Under the pieces are notes generated by a model. That model worked only from the letters and a program-made list of their open reading frames with translations. It was not told the DNA's origin and ran no database searches. The translations under genes were made by a program, and so were the position numbers. A stretch of DNA of 64,000 nucleotides, taken from the NCBI GenBank assembly GCA_963830725.1, contig CAWHNO010000016.1, positions 888,249 to 952,248 on the forward strand, in the 5' to 3' direction. Shown here piece by piece: positions 1-9,212 of the stretch; the stretch's first letter is position 1; every line of letters starts with the position of its first letter. The DNA is from an uncultured Solirubrobacteraceae bacterium (GTDB lineage: Bacteria; Actinomycetota; Thermoleophilia; Solirubrobacterales; Solirubrobacteraceae).

Positions 1-128
1 ATCTCGTGATGCCCGCGGGCACCGTCGGGCGCGCAGCGCGCGGCGGCCGCGTCGACTCGGGTCCGCGAGGACCAGACGAAGAACTACTTCATCCAGAAGG
101 CCATCGACCCGACGATCACTACGGCTGA

Positions 129-413
129 CCCCTGGCCAATCACCTGAAGATCGAGCACCAGGACGGCACGTGGGGCTGGTACTTCCACATGCCCAAGAAC
201 GGCGTGATCCCGCAGGAGCAGGACATCGTGGAACGCGGGCAGAAGGTGCTCACGGTCGGCCAGACGGGCTACGCGACGGGCCCGCACCTGCACTTCCAGA
301 CCAACCATCCGCCGGGCGGCGCGAGCATGCGGCTGCGCTACGAGCTGGGGCACTTCCCGAACGGCGATTGTGTCAGTGTGCGATGGGGAGAGGTGGTTAT
401 AAAAGGGGCCTAG
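129..413 (+). CDS. M23/LytM-family metallopeptidase, C-terminal fragment
   Basis: Translation LKIEHQDGTWGWYFHM...GQKVLTVGQTGYATGPHLHFQ carries the M23 zinc-site signatures (HxxxD, HxH). There is an in-frame TGA at 126-128. The expected upstream M23 segment (VMPAGT..AARGGRV) is only readable in other frames, so the 5' part is off-window and/or frameshifted. Confidence 0.55.
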   Translation, partial: PLANHLKIEHQDGTWGWYFHMPKNGVIPQEQDIVERGQKVLTVGQTGYATGPHLHFQTNHPPGGASMRLRYELGHFPNGDCVSVRWGEVVIKGA

Positions 414-1723
414 CCCGCGCGCGCCTCGCCGGCTCTCAACAGGCGGTCGCGCAGCGCCGCCTCGTCCTCCGGGCTCGGGTCCCACTGCTCGATCGCCGGC
501 AGGTCGTCGAGCGAGCTCAGGCCGAACAGCTTCAGGAACAACGGCGTGGTGCGGTAGAGGACGGCGCCGAACTGCGAGCGGCCGGACTCCTCGATCAGGC
601 CGCGCTCGACGAGCGCCGCCGTCGCCGACTCCGACGCCACGCCGCGGATGCGGGCGACCTCGGGGCGCGAGACCGGCTGCAGGTAGCCGACGATGGCCAG
701 CGTCTCGGCCTGGGCCGCGGTCAGCGCCGGCGTTCGCGGGCGCGCGAGCAGCCGCCGCGCGGCCTCCTCGGCGTCGGGGTGCGAGGCGAGCGCCCAGCCG
801 CCGGCGACCTCGCGCAGCACGACGCCGCGGCCGTCGAGCGCGGCCCGCAGCTCCTCGAGCGCCTCTCGCACGGCCTCCTCGCCGGCCTGCAGCGCGTCGG
901 CCAGCTCGTCGAGCGCGACCGGCTCGGGGGCGAGGAAGAGCAGCGCCTCGACCTGGCGCGCGAGCGGGGTCATGCGACCGCCTCGCGCGCGCGCCGCGGC
1001 GCTGACCGTGATCGGCCCGAACGGCTCCGCCTGCTCCCACGCCGCCTCGCCGCGCTTGTACAGCTCGAGCAGCGCGAACAGCGTCACGGCCACGGTCACG
1101 CGGTCGGCGCCCTCGACGGCGTCGTCGAACGAGAAGCGGCCGCGGGCCAGCAGGCGGCGCAGGACGGCCAGCCGGTCGGCCACCGACACGCGCGGGCCGG
1201 CCATGTGGCGCAGGTCGAGCGGCGGCGGCGTGCGCAGCAGCGAGCCGAGCGCCTCGCCGAGCACCGCCGGGTCGTAGGCGCGCTCGGCGATCTCGACCGA
1301 CACGCGGCGCAGCGCGGGCGGCAGCGGCGCGGCCCGGTGCAGGTAGGACTGGCCGGCGGCGTGCGCGGCGGCCGTCCAGCGGCCGGCGCCGCGGAAGCGC
1401 GCGTACTGGAGCATGCGCTCGAGCAGCTCTTCGGCCGCCTCGGCGGGCGCGAGGCCCTCCAGCTCGTCGAGCGGCTCCTCGCCGGGCAGCATCAGCCGCG
1501 ACTTGAGCTCCAGCAGGGCCGCGATCAGGACGAGGAACTCGGTCGCGGACTCGAGCTCGAGCTCGCCCTCGGCCTCGAGGTGGTCGACATAGGCGATGAC
1601 GATCTCGGCCAGCTCGACCTCGAGCAGGTCGAGCTCCTCGCGCAGGATCAGCGACAGCAGCAGATCGAACGGCCCGGCGAAGACGTCGAGGTCCAGCTCG
1701 AGGCGGTGCACGATCGTGGCCAT
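410..1723 (-). CDS. scpA: Segregation/condensation proteins ScpA (N-terminal ~250 aa) and ScpB (C-terminal 187 aa) in one stop-free ORF
   Basis: The N-terminal part has the ScpA hallmark (FAGPFDLLLSLILREELDL...ATEFLVLIAALLELKSRLML). From MTPLARQVEALLFLAPEPVAL (Met at ~973) the ScpB hallmark follows (LTAAQAETLAIVGYLQPVSRPEVARIRGV). The track shows a single 437-aa ORF. Confidence 0.85.
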   Translation of the reverse strand: MATIVHRLELDLDVFAGPFDLLLSLILREELDLLEVELAEIVIAYVDHLEAEGELELESATEFLVLIAALLELKSRLMLPGEEPLDELEGLAPAEAAEELLERMLQYARFRGAGRWTAAAHAAGQSYLHRAAPLPPALRRVSVEIAERAYDPAVLGEALGSLLRTPPPLDLRHMAGPRVSVADRLAVLRRLLARGRFSFDDAVEGADRVTVAVTLFALLELYKRGEAAWEQAEPFGPITVSAAARARGGRMTPLARQVEALLFLAPEPVALDELADALQAGEEAVREALEELRAALDGRGVVLREVAGGWALASHPDAEEAARRLLARPRTPALTAAQAETLAIVGYLQPVSRPEVARIRGVASESATAALVERGLIEESGRSQFGAVLYRTTPLFLKLFGLSSLDDLPAIEQWDPSPEDEAALRDRLLRAGEARAG

Positions 1724-1735
1724 GCGCCCGACAGG

Positions 1736-2743
1736 CTATGCCTCGGGCCTGACGGAGCGGCGCGGGCCGACCCCCATCGCCTCGCGCACGTCGGCCACCG
1801 TGACGCTCGCGATCGCGCGCGCCTTGTCGGCGCCGGCCTCGAGGATCCGCTCCAGCTCGCCCTCGTCGGCGCGCAGCTCGTGGTAGCGCTCACGTACCGG
1901 GGCCAGCCACTCGATCACGGACTCGGCCACGGCGTCCTTGAAGTCGCCGTAGCCGGAGCCCTCGAACTCGCGCTCGATCGCCTCCGGCTCCGTGGCGCGC
2001 ACCACGGCCAGGATCTCGATCAGGTTCGAGATCCCCGGCTTGTGCACGCTGCGCACGATCTCGTGCCCCGAGTCCGCAACCGCGCGCTTGAACTTGCGCC
2101 GGATCGTTTCCGGCTCGTCGAGCACGTAGAGGGTTCCCTGCTCGCTGGCCGCGGTGGTCGACATCTTGCGCTCCGGCTCCTGGAGGTCGCCGATGCGCGC
2201 GCCCACCTCGGGGATCCGCGCCTCGGGCACCACGAGCAGCTCGCCGAAGCGGGAGTTGAAGCGCACGGCCACGTCGCGCATGAGCTCCAGGTGCTCGCGC
2301 TGGTCCTCCCCCACGGGCACCTCGTGGGCGCGATACGCGAGCACGTCGGCGGCCTGCAGGACCGGGTAGAAGAGCAGGCCGGCGGACACCAGCTCGCGCT
2401 GCGCGAGCGACTTGTCGCGGAACTGGTGCATGCGCTGGAGCTCGCCCAGGGGGGTGACGCTCGACAGCAGCCAGCTCAGCTCGGTGTGCTCCATCACGTC
2501 GCCCTGCCGGAAGAGGATGCAGCGCTCGGGGTCGAGGCCGGCCGCGATGAGGATCGCCGCCGTGTCGTAGGTGCGCTCGCGCAGCTCGCCCGGCTCGTAC
2601 GCGACGGTCACCGCGTGCAGGTCGACGATGCAGTAGATCGCAGGGTCGGCGCGATCCTGGCCCGCCACGTACTGGATGATCGCCCCGATGTAGTTGCCGA
2701 GGTGCTTGCGCCCGGTGGGCTGGATGCCGGAGAAGATGACCAC
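1736..2743 (-). CDS. trpS: Tryptophan--tRNA ligase
   Basis: 335 aa class-I aaRS. The N-terminus IFSGIQPTGRKHLGNYIGAI and the KMSKS-type loop KMSTT are typical of TrpRS. Confidence 0.95.
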   Translation of the reverse strand: MVIFSGIQPTGRKHLGNYIGAIIQYVAGQDRADPAIYCIVDLHAVTVAYEPGELRERTYDTAAILIAAGLDPERCILFRQGDVMEHTELSWLLSSVTPLGELQRMHQFRDKSLAQRELVSAGLLFYPVLQAADVLAYRAHEVPVGEDQREHLELMRDVAVRFNSRFGELLVVPEARIPEVGARIGDLQEPERKMSTTAASEQGTLYVLDEPETIRRKFKRAVADSGHEIVRSVHKPGISNLIEILAVVRATEPEAIEREFEGSGYGDFKDAVAESVIEWLAPVRERYHELRADEGELERILEAGADKARAIASVTVADVREAMGVGPRRSVRPEA

Positions 2744-2781
2744 GGGGGGCGGCAGTCTATTCCGCCGCCCCCGCGGCCGGG

Positions 2782-2961
2782 TCAGCCGGCCGGTCTGGCC
2801 GGGACCAGGGCGAGCAGCGCGTTGAGCACGGCGGACAGGTCGTTGAGCGCCGAGGCGCCGACCGGGTGGGCCATCGCGGCCGACAGCTGGACGTTGGCGC
2901 CGGCCTGGACGGCCAGCAGCGCTCCGACGAGGAGCAGGAACGGGATTGCGAGGGCTTCCAT
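2782..2961 (-). CDS. 59-aa hydrophobic ORF resembling the N-terminus of a DMT/YdcZ (DUF606) transporter; possible remnant
   Basis: Hand translation gives MEALAIPFLLLVGALLAVQAGANVQLSAAMAHPVGASALNDLSAVLNALLALVPARPAG*. It lies divergent to the TetR gene and has no room for a full-length transporter before trpS. Confidence 0.25.
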   Translation of the reverse strand: MEALAIPFLLLVGALLAVQAGANVQLSAAMAHPVGASALNDLSAVLNALLALVPARPAG

Positions 2962-3045
2962 GGCGTCTCCAAGAACTTGACTCGGGTCAAGTTCAGCCTA
3001 GCAGTAACTTGTCCGCGGTCAAGTTCCTGATACCGTCCCGGGACG

Positions 3046-3687
3046 ATGACCGACCTCCCCGGCACCCGATCGCTGCGCGACGAGCGCGATGAGGCCGGCG
3101 GCCCGCGCGGCGGGCTCCCCGTCGCCGGGCGCCCGCGGGCCGAGCGCGCCGACGCCGCGCGCAACCGCGAGCGCGTGCTCGCGGCCGCCCGCCGCCTGTT
3201 CGCCGACCGCGGCGTGCACGGCGTGACGATGAGCGAGGTCGCGCGTGAGGCCGGCGTGGCCAAGGGCACTGTCTTCCACCGCTTCGGCGACCGCGCCGGG
3301 CTCGCGCTGGCACTGCTCGACGAGCACGAGCGCGCGCTGCAGGAGCGGATCCTGCGCGGTCCGCCGCCGCTCGGCCCGGGCGCGCCGCCCCGCGAGCGGC
3401 TGCGCGCCTTCCTCGCCGCGCTGGCGGAGCTGACCGTCGAGCACCGCGAGCTGCTGCTCGAGGTCGAGCGGGGCACCCCCGCCGGCCGCTACCGCACCGG
3501 CGCCTACCGCGCCTGGCACCAGCACACGGTGCTGCTGCTCGAGCAGATGGGCACCGAGGGTGACCGCGCGCTGCGAGCCCACCTGCTGCTCGCCCCGCTC
3601 TCCGCCGACCTGGTCACGAGCCTGGCCGAGGAGGGCGTCTCGCCCGCCGAGCTGACGACTGCGCTGGACGCGCTCGCCGGCCCATGA
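3046..3687 (+). CDS. TetR/AcrR-family transcriptional regulator
   Basis: TetR_N HTH: RNRERVLAAARRLFADRGVHGVTMSEVAREAGVAKGTVFHRFGDR. ATGA overlap with the next gene. Confidence 0.9.
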   Translation: MTDLPGTRSLRDERDEAGGPRGGLPVAGRPRAERADAARNRERVLAAARRLFADRGVHGVTMSEVAREAGVAKGTVFHRFGDRAGLALALLDEHERALQERILRGPPPLGPGAPPRERLRAFLAALAELTVEHRELLLEVERGTPAGRYRTGAYRAWHQHTVLLLEQMGTEGDRALRAHLLLAPLSADLVTSLAEEGVSPAELTTALDALAGP

Positions 3688-4661
3688 GCGACGTCGCCGT
3701 CGTCGGGGCGGGTATCGTCGGCCTTGCGACCGCCTTCGCGCTCGCCGAGCGCGGGGCGGCGGTCACCGTGTACGAGCGCGGCGTCCCCGGTGCGGGCCAG
3801 TCCGGCGGCGAGTCGCGGATCTTCCGCCACGCCCACGACGACCCGCGGCTGATCGCGTTCGCGCGCGAGTCGCGCGCGCTCTGGAGGACGTGGGAGGAGC
3901 GGTTCGGCGTCGAGCTCCTCGCGCCGGTGGGATCGGTGGCGGTCGGCCCGGCGGTCGAGCGGCGGCTCGAGCTGCTGCGCGACGCCGGGGTACGCGCGCG
4001 GCCGGTCGACGCGGCCGGGGCACTGCCGATCCTCGCGCCGCGGGCCGAGCCGGCGATGCTGGACGAGGACGGCGGCGTGATCCGCACCCGCGCGACGGTC
4101 GCGGCGCTCGTCGGCGCGCTGGGCGACGCCCTCGTCGCCGACGAGGTGATCGAGGTGCTGCCGTCGGGCGAGGTCCGCGCCGGCGGCGCCGTCGCGCGCC
4201 ACGACCGCGTGGTCGTGTGCGCCGGCCGCGACACGGCGACGCTGGCGGCGGGCGCCGGTCTCGAGCTGCCGGTGCAGACCGAGACGCACACGCGCTTCGC
4301 CTATCGCGTGCGCGACCCCGCGCCGCTCGCCTGCCTACTGGACGGCAGCGCCGCCGCCTACGGAGATCCGCTGCCCGGCAACGACCGCTACGCAGTCGGC
4401 CTCGGCAACGACGAGGAAGCCACCGCCGCATACGTCGCCGAGGCCCTGCCGGGGCTCGAGCCGCGGCCCGTGGAAGCGCGAACCTGCTGGGTCACGGGGC
4501 TGCCGTGGGGCCACGACGGCCTCGCCGTCTGGGAGGCCGGCGCACTGCGCTTCGTCGCCGGAAACAACCTCTTCAAGCACGCTCCGGCACTCGGCCGCCG
4601 GATCGCCGCCGACGCGCTCGCCGAACTGCGCCCCGAAGCCAGGCTCGGGCGCGCCGCTTAG
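3684..4661 (+). CDS. FAD-dependent oxidoreductase (DAO / sarcosine-oxidase-like)
   Basis: N-terminal Rossmann dinucleotide fold VAVVGAGIVGLATAFALAERGAAVTVYERG; 325 aa. Confidence 0.85.
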   Translation: MSDVAVVGAGIVGLATAFALAERGAAVTVYERGVPGAGQSGGESRIFRHAHDDPRLIAFARESRALWRTWEERFGVELLAPVGSVAVGPAVERRLELLRDAGVRARPVDAAGALPILAPRAEPAMLDEDGGVIRTRATVAALVGALGDALVADEVIEVLPSGEVRAGGAVARHDRVVVCAGRDTATLAAGAGLELPVQTETHTRFAYRVRDPAPLACLLDGSAAAYGDPLPGNDRYAVGLGNDEEATAAYVAEALPGLEPRPVEARTCWVTGLPWGHDGLAVWEAGALRFVAGNNLFKHAPALGRRIAADALAELRPEARLGRAA

Positions 4662-4962
4662 CCAGGCCGACGAGCTGCCGGCACATCGCTCACCCGGGGT
4701 CGGAACACCGTTCCTGCGGCTACGCGACACCTGTCGAATCACGCGAGCGCGAGCTGTCCGCCGGGTGAGGCCTGGCGATCGGCACCCGGCACGCGATGGG
4801 CGTTCCCGCGGGAACGTCCGGGACGCGATGCCGCGTCGCCCGACCGGCCGGGCCGTGGACCGGGAGCGCGAAGCGCAGCGATCGTTGAGCGAGGTCCCGG
4901 GCCACGGCGCCGCCGCGGAGACAGCGGACGCCGTCCGGACCGAGTCTCCGATCGCGACGTCT

Positions 4963-5508
4963 CTAGCCAACAACCCGGCTCGGATCGCCGAGCGCGCTCC
5001 CGATCAGCTCGCCGCGCCTCCGCCGAGAGTCGGCCGGGTACCGGGGATCCGGCCGCAGCGAGGCCGCCGGGGCGAGGGCCAGCAGCCGCCCGATCAGCAC
5101 GAAGAAGGCGGCCACCCGCTCAGGCGTCCACGCGGCATCGGGCCACCAGAAGAACTGGATCTCGTCGGCGAAGAGGAACATCTCGACCAGCGGCAGCTCG
5201 ATGCCGTCGACGACGATGCGCTCGGCGCCGAGACAGGCGTGCGACGCGCGTCCCTGCGCGACGAGCCGGGCGGCCTCAGGCCGCTCATGCAGCGTCACGT
5301 CGACTCCCTCGGCATCGATGTGGTACGTGCGGTCGTTCCACTTCGGCGCCGACTCCGCAATCGCCGCAAAGCAGCGTTCGAGGTCGCCGGGCTGCAGTCC
5401 GACGAGGTGCAGCTCCGGCGCGTCGCCGCGATCGATCTCGCGCGCGAACCAGTCGACGAGCTCGGGAGCGAGCCGCGCGCGGACGCCCTCGACACCCGGT
5501 TCAGCCAC
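4963..5508 (-). CDS. Hypothetical protein (181 aa), co-transcribed with the LigD-type polymerase gene
   Basis: Normal amino-acid composition and GC3 bias. Its start overlaps the stop of the upstream gene by 8 nt. No recognisable motif. Confidence 0.6.
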   Translation of the reverse strand: MAEPGVEGVRARLAPELVDWFAREIDRGDAPELHLVGLQPGDLERCFAAIAESAPKWNDRTYHIDAEGVDVTLHERPEAARLVAQGRASHACLGAERIVVDGIELPLVEMFLFADEIQFFWWPDAAWTPERVAAFFVLIGRLLALAPAASLRPDPRYPADSRRRRGELIGSALGDPSRVVG

Positions 5509-6406
5509 TGGAGCGCGGCAGCGGCGCCGCGGCCGCGGCGATGCCCTCCCACGGGTCGCCGCGCTGCGACAGCCGCTCGGGCACGTCGGCGAGCGTCCAG
5601 CGCCGCGGGTGCAGGTCCGGGTCCGAGAGCTCCTCCCAGGCCAGCGGGGTGGCGACCGGCGCCCCGGGCTTGGCCCGCACCGCGTACGGCGCCACCGCGG
5701 TCTGGGCGTACGTGTTGCGGGCGGCGTCGACCAGCACGCGCCCGCCGCGGCCCGCCTTGCGCCACGACGTGGTGAGCTGGTCCGGCAGCCGCTCGGCGAC
5801 CTCCTCCGCGAGCTCGCCCGCGACGGTGCGCACGTGGTCGGAGTCGTGGCGCCGGCGCAGCGGGGCGACGACGTGGATGCCGCGCGAGCCCGACGTCATC
5901 GCGTACGGCGTCATGCCCTTCTCCCGCAGCAGGTCGCCGACGGCGATCGCACCCGCGCGGATCGCCTCCAGGTGGTCGTCGGCGTCGTCGGGCGGGTCGA
6001 AGTCGAAGACCAGGCGGTCGGGGTTGTCCGGCTTGTCCGCCTTGGCGGTCCAGACGTGCGGGGTGATGCAGTTCTGGTTGGCGAGCCAGACGAGCGTGGC
6101 CGGCTCGCCGCCGACCGCGTGGGTCACGTCGCCCCCGCGCCGGCGCGGCACGGTCACGCGCCGCACCCAGTCGGGCGCGCCCTTCGGGATCGCCTGCTGG
6201 ATCACGACCTCGTGGTCGATGCCGCGGTTCCAGCGCCAGAGGTTGAGCGGCCGGTCGCGCATGTGCGGCGCCATCGCCGGGGCGACGGCCGCGTAGTAGT
6301 TGGCGAGGTCCTCCTTGGTGATGCCGTCGGCCGGGAACAGCACCTTGGCGGGGTTCGAGATCCGCACCCGCCGGCGCCCCGCCCGGATCGTCGTCTCCGG
6401 TGTCAC
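5501..6406 (-). CDS. Stand-alone LigD-type primase-polymerase (NHEJ PolDom) protein
   Basis: VRISNPAKVLFPADGITKEDLANYY...LVFDFDPP...GSRGIHVV...NTYAQTAVAPYAVRA matches the archaeo-eukaryotic primase catalytic motifs of the LigD polymerase domain. GTG start in a GTGA overlap with the gcvPB stop. Confidence 0.85.
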   Translation of the reverse strand: MTPETTIRAGRRRVRISNPAKVLFPADGITKEDLANYYAAVAPAMAPHMRDRPLNLWRWNRGIDHEVVIQQAIPKGAPDWVRRVTVPRRRGGDVTHAVGGEPATLVWLANQNCITPHVWTAKADKPDNPDRLVFDFDPPDDADDHLEAIRAGAIAVGDLLREKGMTPYAMTSGSRGIHVVAPLRRRHDSDHVRTVAGELAEEVAERLPDQLTTSWRKAGRGGRVLVDAARNTYAQTAVAPYAVRAKPGAPVATPLAWEELSDPDLHPRRWTLADVPERLSQRGDPWEGIAAAAAPLPRSSG

Positions 6407-7857
6407 ATCGCCTGGCGGATCACCGGCCGCTTGGCCGCGCCGGCCTCGTCGAGCCGCCGCACCGGCGTGTCGTAGGGCGCGCCGCGCGCCACCGACGGGT
6501 CCTCGGCGGCCTCGGCGAGGATCGCGGCGACGCCCTCGGCGAACGCGTCGAGCGTCTCGCGCGTCTCGGTCTCCGTCGGCTCGATCAGCAGGGCCTCGTC
6601 GACCAGCAGCGGGAAGTAGACCGTCGGCGGGTGGAAGTCGTGGTCGAGCAGCCGCTTCGCCAGATCCAGCGTCCTGATCCCGAGCGCCTTCTTCATCGGC
6701 CCGCCGGTGAGCACGAACTCGTGCATGCAGGTGCGGTCGAACGCGGCCGGCAGGTGCTCGCCGCACAGCTCGCGCAGCCGCGCCATCAGGTAGTTGGCGT
6801 TCAGCACCGCGGTGTCGCTCGCCTCGGCCAGCCCGTCGGCGCCCAAGGACAGGATGTAGGCGTACGAGCGCACGAAGACGCCGAAGTTGCCCTGGAAGCC
6901 GCGCACGCGCCCGATCGACCGCGGGCGGTCGAAGTCGAGGTCGAAGGCCCCGTCCTCGTGGCGCACCACCTGCGGCCGCGGCAGGAACGGCTCGATCCGC
7001 TCCGACACGGCGATCGGCCCCGCCCCCGGCCCGCCGCCGCCATGCGGCTGCGTGAACGTCTTGTGCAGGTTGTAGTGGACGATGTCGAACCCCATGTCGC
7101 CCGGCCGCGCGCGGCCCATCACCGCGTTGAGGTTCGCGCCGTCGTAGTAGAGCGTGGCGCCGGCGCCGTGCATGATCCGCGCGATCTCCTCGATGTTGCG
7201 GTCGAAGACGCCGAGCGTGTTCGGGTTGGTGAGCATCAGCGACGCGACGTCGTCGGAGACCTTCGCGCGCAGGTCGTCGAGATCGACGCCGCCGTCGGCG
7301 TCGGTGCCGAGCTTGACCACCTCGTAGCCGGCCATCGTCACGGTCGCCGGGTTCGTGCCGTGCGCGGTGTCGGGCGTGAGGATCTTGCGCCGGCGCTCGC
7401 CGCGCGACTCGTGGTAGGCGCGCGTGAGCAGCACCCCCGCCAGCTCGCCCTGGGAGCCGGCCGACGGCTGCAGCGACACGTGCGGCAGCCCGGCGATCTC
7501 GGCCAGCGCCCGCTGCAGCTCCCACATCAGCCGCAGCGCGCCCTGGGCGCGGCTGGGCGCCTGCAGCGGGTGCAGCCGCGCGTGCCCGGGCAACGCCGCC
7601 ACGCGCTCGTGCAGCCGCGGGTTGTGCTTCATCGTGCAGGAGCCGAGCGGATAGAAGCCCTTGTCGACGTGGAAGTTGCGCGTCGAGAGCGTCGTGTAAT
7701 GGCGCACGATCTCGGGCTCCGCGATCTCCGGCAGCCGCGGCGGCTCGGCACGGCGGAAGCGGCCGGGCAGCGCGCCGGGGTCCTCGGGCACGTCGAGCGC
7801 CGGCGCCACGAACGCGCGCCGGCCCTCGACCGACTTCTCGAAGATCGTCTGCGTCAC
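6403..7857 (-). CDS. gcvPB: Glycine dehydrogenase (decarboxylating) subunit 2
   Basis: TQTIFEKSVEGRRA...HYTTLSTRNFHVD...NLHKTF (PLP lysine region); 484 aa from a GTG in a GTGA overlap with gcvPA. Confidence 0.95.
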   Translation of the reverse strand: MTQTIFEKSVEGRRAFVAPALDVPEDPGALPGRFRRAEPPRLPEIAEPEIVRHYTTLSTRNFHVDKGFYPLGSCTMKHNPRLHERVAALPGHARLHPLQAPSRAQGALRLMWELQRALAEIAGLPHVSLQPSAGSQGELAGVLLTRAYHESRGERRRKILTPDTAHGTNPATVTMAGYEVVKLGTDADGGVDLDDLRAKVSDDVASLMLTNPNTLGVFDRNIEEIARIMHGAGATLYYDGANLNAVMGRARPGDMGFDIVHYNLHKTFTQPHGGGGPGAGPIAVSERIEPFLPRPQVVRHEDGAFDLDFDRPRSIGRVRGFQGNFGVFVRSYAYILSLGADGLAEASDTAVLNANYLMARLRELCGEHLPAAFDRTCMHEFVLTGGPMKKALGIRTLDLAKRLLDHDFHPPTVYFPLLVDEALLIEPTETETRETLDAFAEGVAAILAEAAEDPSVARGAPYDTPVRRLDEAGAAKRPVIRQAM

Positions 7858-9212
7858 GCCGTCACCGTCTCGCGCTCGGCGGCCACGGCCGCGCCCAGCA
7901 CCTCGGCGAGCCGGTCGATGTCGGCGCGCGAGCGCTGCTCGGTGATCGCCACCAGCAGCCCGTCGCCGTACTCGTCGTAGTCGGCGCCGAGCGGGTAGCC
8001 GGGGTTCACGCCGGCGGCGGCGCAGCGCTCGATGACGCGGTGGACGGGCGCGGCCAGCCGCACGGCGAACTCGCGCACCACCGGCTGCTCGTGCAGCAGC
8101 TCGACGCCGTCGAGGGCGGCCAGCGCCTTGCGCGCGTAGGCGGTGCGGTGCAGCAGCAGCTCGCCGAGCTCGACGATGCCGCGGCGCCCGAGCCACGACA
8201 GGTAGATGATGCCGGCCAGCGCGTTCAGGGTCTGCGCGGTGGTGATGTTGTGCGTCGCCTTCTCGCGCCGGATGTGCTGCTCGCGCGTCTGCAGCGTGAG
8301 GACGAAGCCGCGCTTGCCGTCGGCGTCGACCGTCTCGCCCGCGATCCGGCCCGGCATCCGCCGCAGATAGGCCTCCTGGGCGGCGAAGAAGCCGAACGAC
8401 GGGCCGCCGTAGTCGAGCCGGTTGCCGAGCGACTGCCCCTCGCCCACGGCGATGTCGACGCCGAACTCGCCGGGCGGCTTGAGCACGCCGAGGGTGAGCG
8501 GGTCGACCTGCACGACGACCAGCGCGCCGGTTTCCTTCGCCATCGGCACGAGGGCCTCGAGGTCCTCGACCGCGCCGAGGAAGTTGGGCTGCTGCAGGAA
8601 CACGGCCGAGACGTCGTCGTCGACCTCGAACCGCTCGGTCACGCCGCCCGAGAGCGGGATCTCCTCGACCGCGGTGCCGTAGCCCTTGGCGGTGGTGGCC
8701 AGCGCCTCGCGCGAGTGCGGATGCAGCCCGCGGCTCACCAGGAACCGGCCGCGGCCGTTCTGCAGCCGCGCCAGCCAGCCCGCCGAGGCGACGGCCGACG
8801 GCGCCTCGTACAGCGTCGCGTTCGAGACCGGCAGGCCGGTCAGCTCGCTGATCGCCGTCTGGTACTCGAACATCACCTGCAGCGTCCCCTGCGAGACCTC
8901 GGGCTGGTACGGCGTGTACGGCGTCAGGAACTCGGAGCGCGAGAGCAGAGCGTCGATCAGCGCCGGCACGTAGTGGTCGTACATCCCCGCGCCGAGGAAG
9001 CAGATCTCGTCCTCCGCCGACACGTTGCGCGCCGCCAGATCGCGCAGGTAGGCATACACCTCCTGCTCCGGCTTGCCGGGCGGCAGGTCGATCGGGCGGC
9101 CGAGCCGCATGCCCTCCGGGATGTCCGCGAACAGCTCGTCGATCGAGCCCGCGCCGATGCTCTCCAGCATCGCCTGCCGGTCGGCGTCGGTGGCGGAGGT
9201 GTAGCGACTCAA
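7854..9212 (-). CDS. gcvPA: Glycine dehydrogenase (decarboxylating) subunit 1
   Basis: 452 aa; FLGAGMYDHYVPALIDALLSRSEFLTPYTPYQPEVSQGTLQ is typical of GcvPA. Confidence 0.95.
   Translation of the reverse strand: MSRYTSATDADRQAMLESIGAGSIDELFADIPEGMRLGRPIDLPPGKPEQEVYAYLRDLAARNVSAEDEICFLGAGMYDHYVPALIDALLSRSEFLTPYTPYQPEVSQGTLQVMFEYQTAISELTGLPVSNATLYEAPSAVASAGWLARLQNGRGRFLVSRGLHPHSREALATTAKGYGTAVEEIPLSGGVTERFEVDDDVSAVFLQQPNFLGAVEDLEALVPMAKETGALVVVQVDPLTLGVLKPPGEFGVDIAVGEGQSLGNRLDYGGPSFGFFAAQEAYLRRMPGRIAGETVDADGKRGFVLTLQTREQHIRREKATHNITTAQTLNALAGIIYLSWLGRRGIVELGELLLHRTAYARKALAALDGVELLHEQPVVREFAVRLAAPVHRVIERCAAAGVNPGYPLGADYDEYGDGLLVAITEQRSRADIDRLAEVLGAAVAAERETVTA

Noticed and set aside
170-2980. 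Very long ORFs in the track. Examples: 170..2980 +, 6400..7980 +, 9707..11926 +, 12175..14046 +, 16684..18510 +, 41461..43767 -, 42318..44696 +, 49116..51182 +, and the upstream 550 aa of 38863..41412.
   Set aside because: Their translations are monotonous Arg/Ala/Gly/Pro/Asp strings. They lie antisense or out of frame to genes with clear family motifs. They are typical shadow ORFs of a genome with >70% GC, where stop codons are rare.
4798-4820. GTTCCCG/CGGGAAC palindrome in the convergent intergenic region as a bidirectional terminator.
   Set aside because: The stem is only 7 bp with no loop (effectively 5 bp) and there are no flanking T/A tracts. This is too weak to call.
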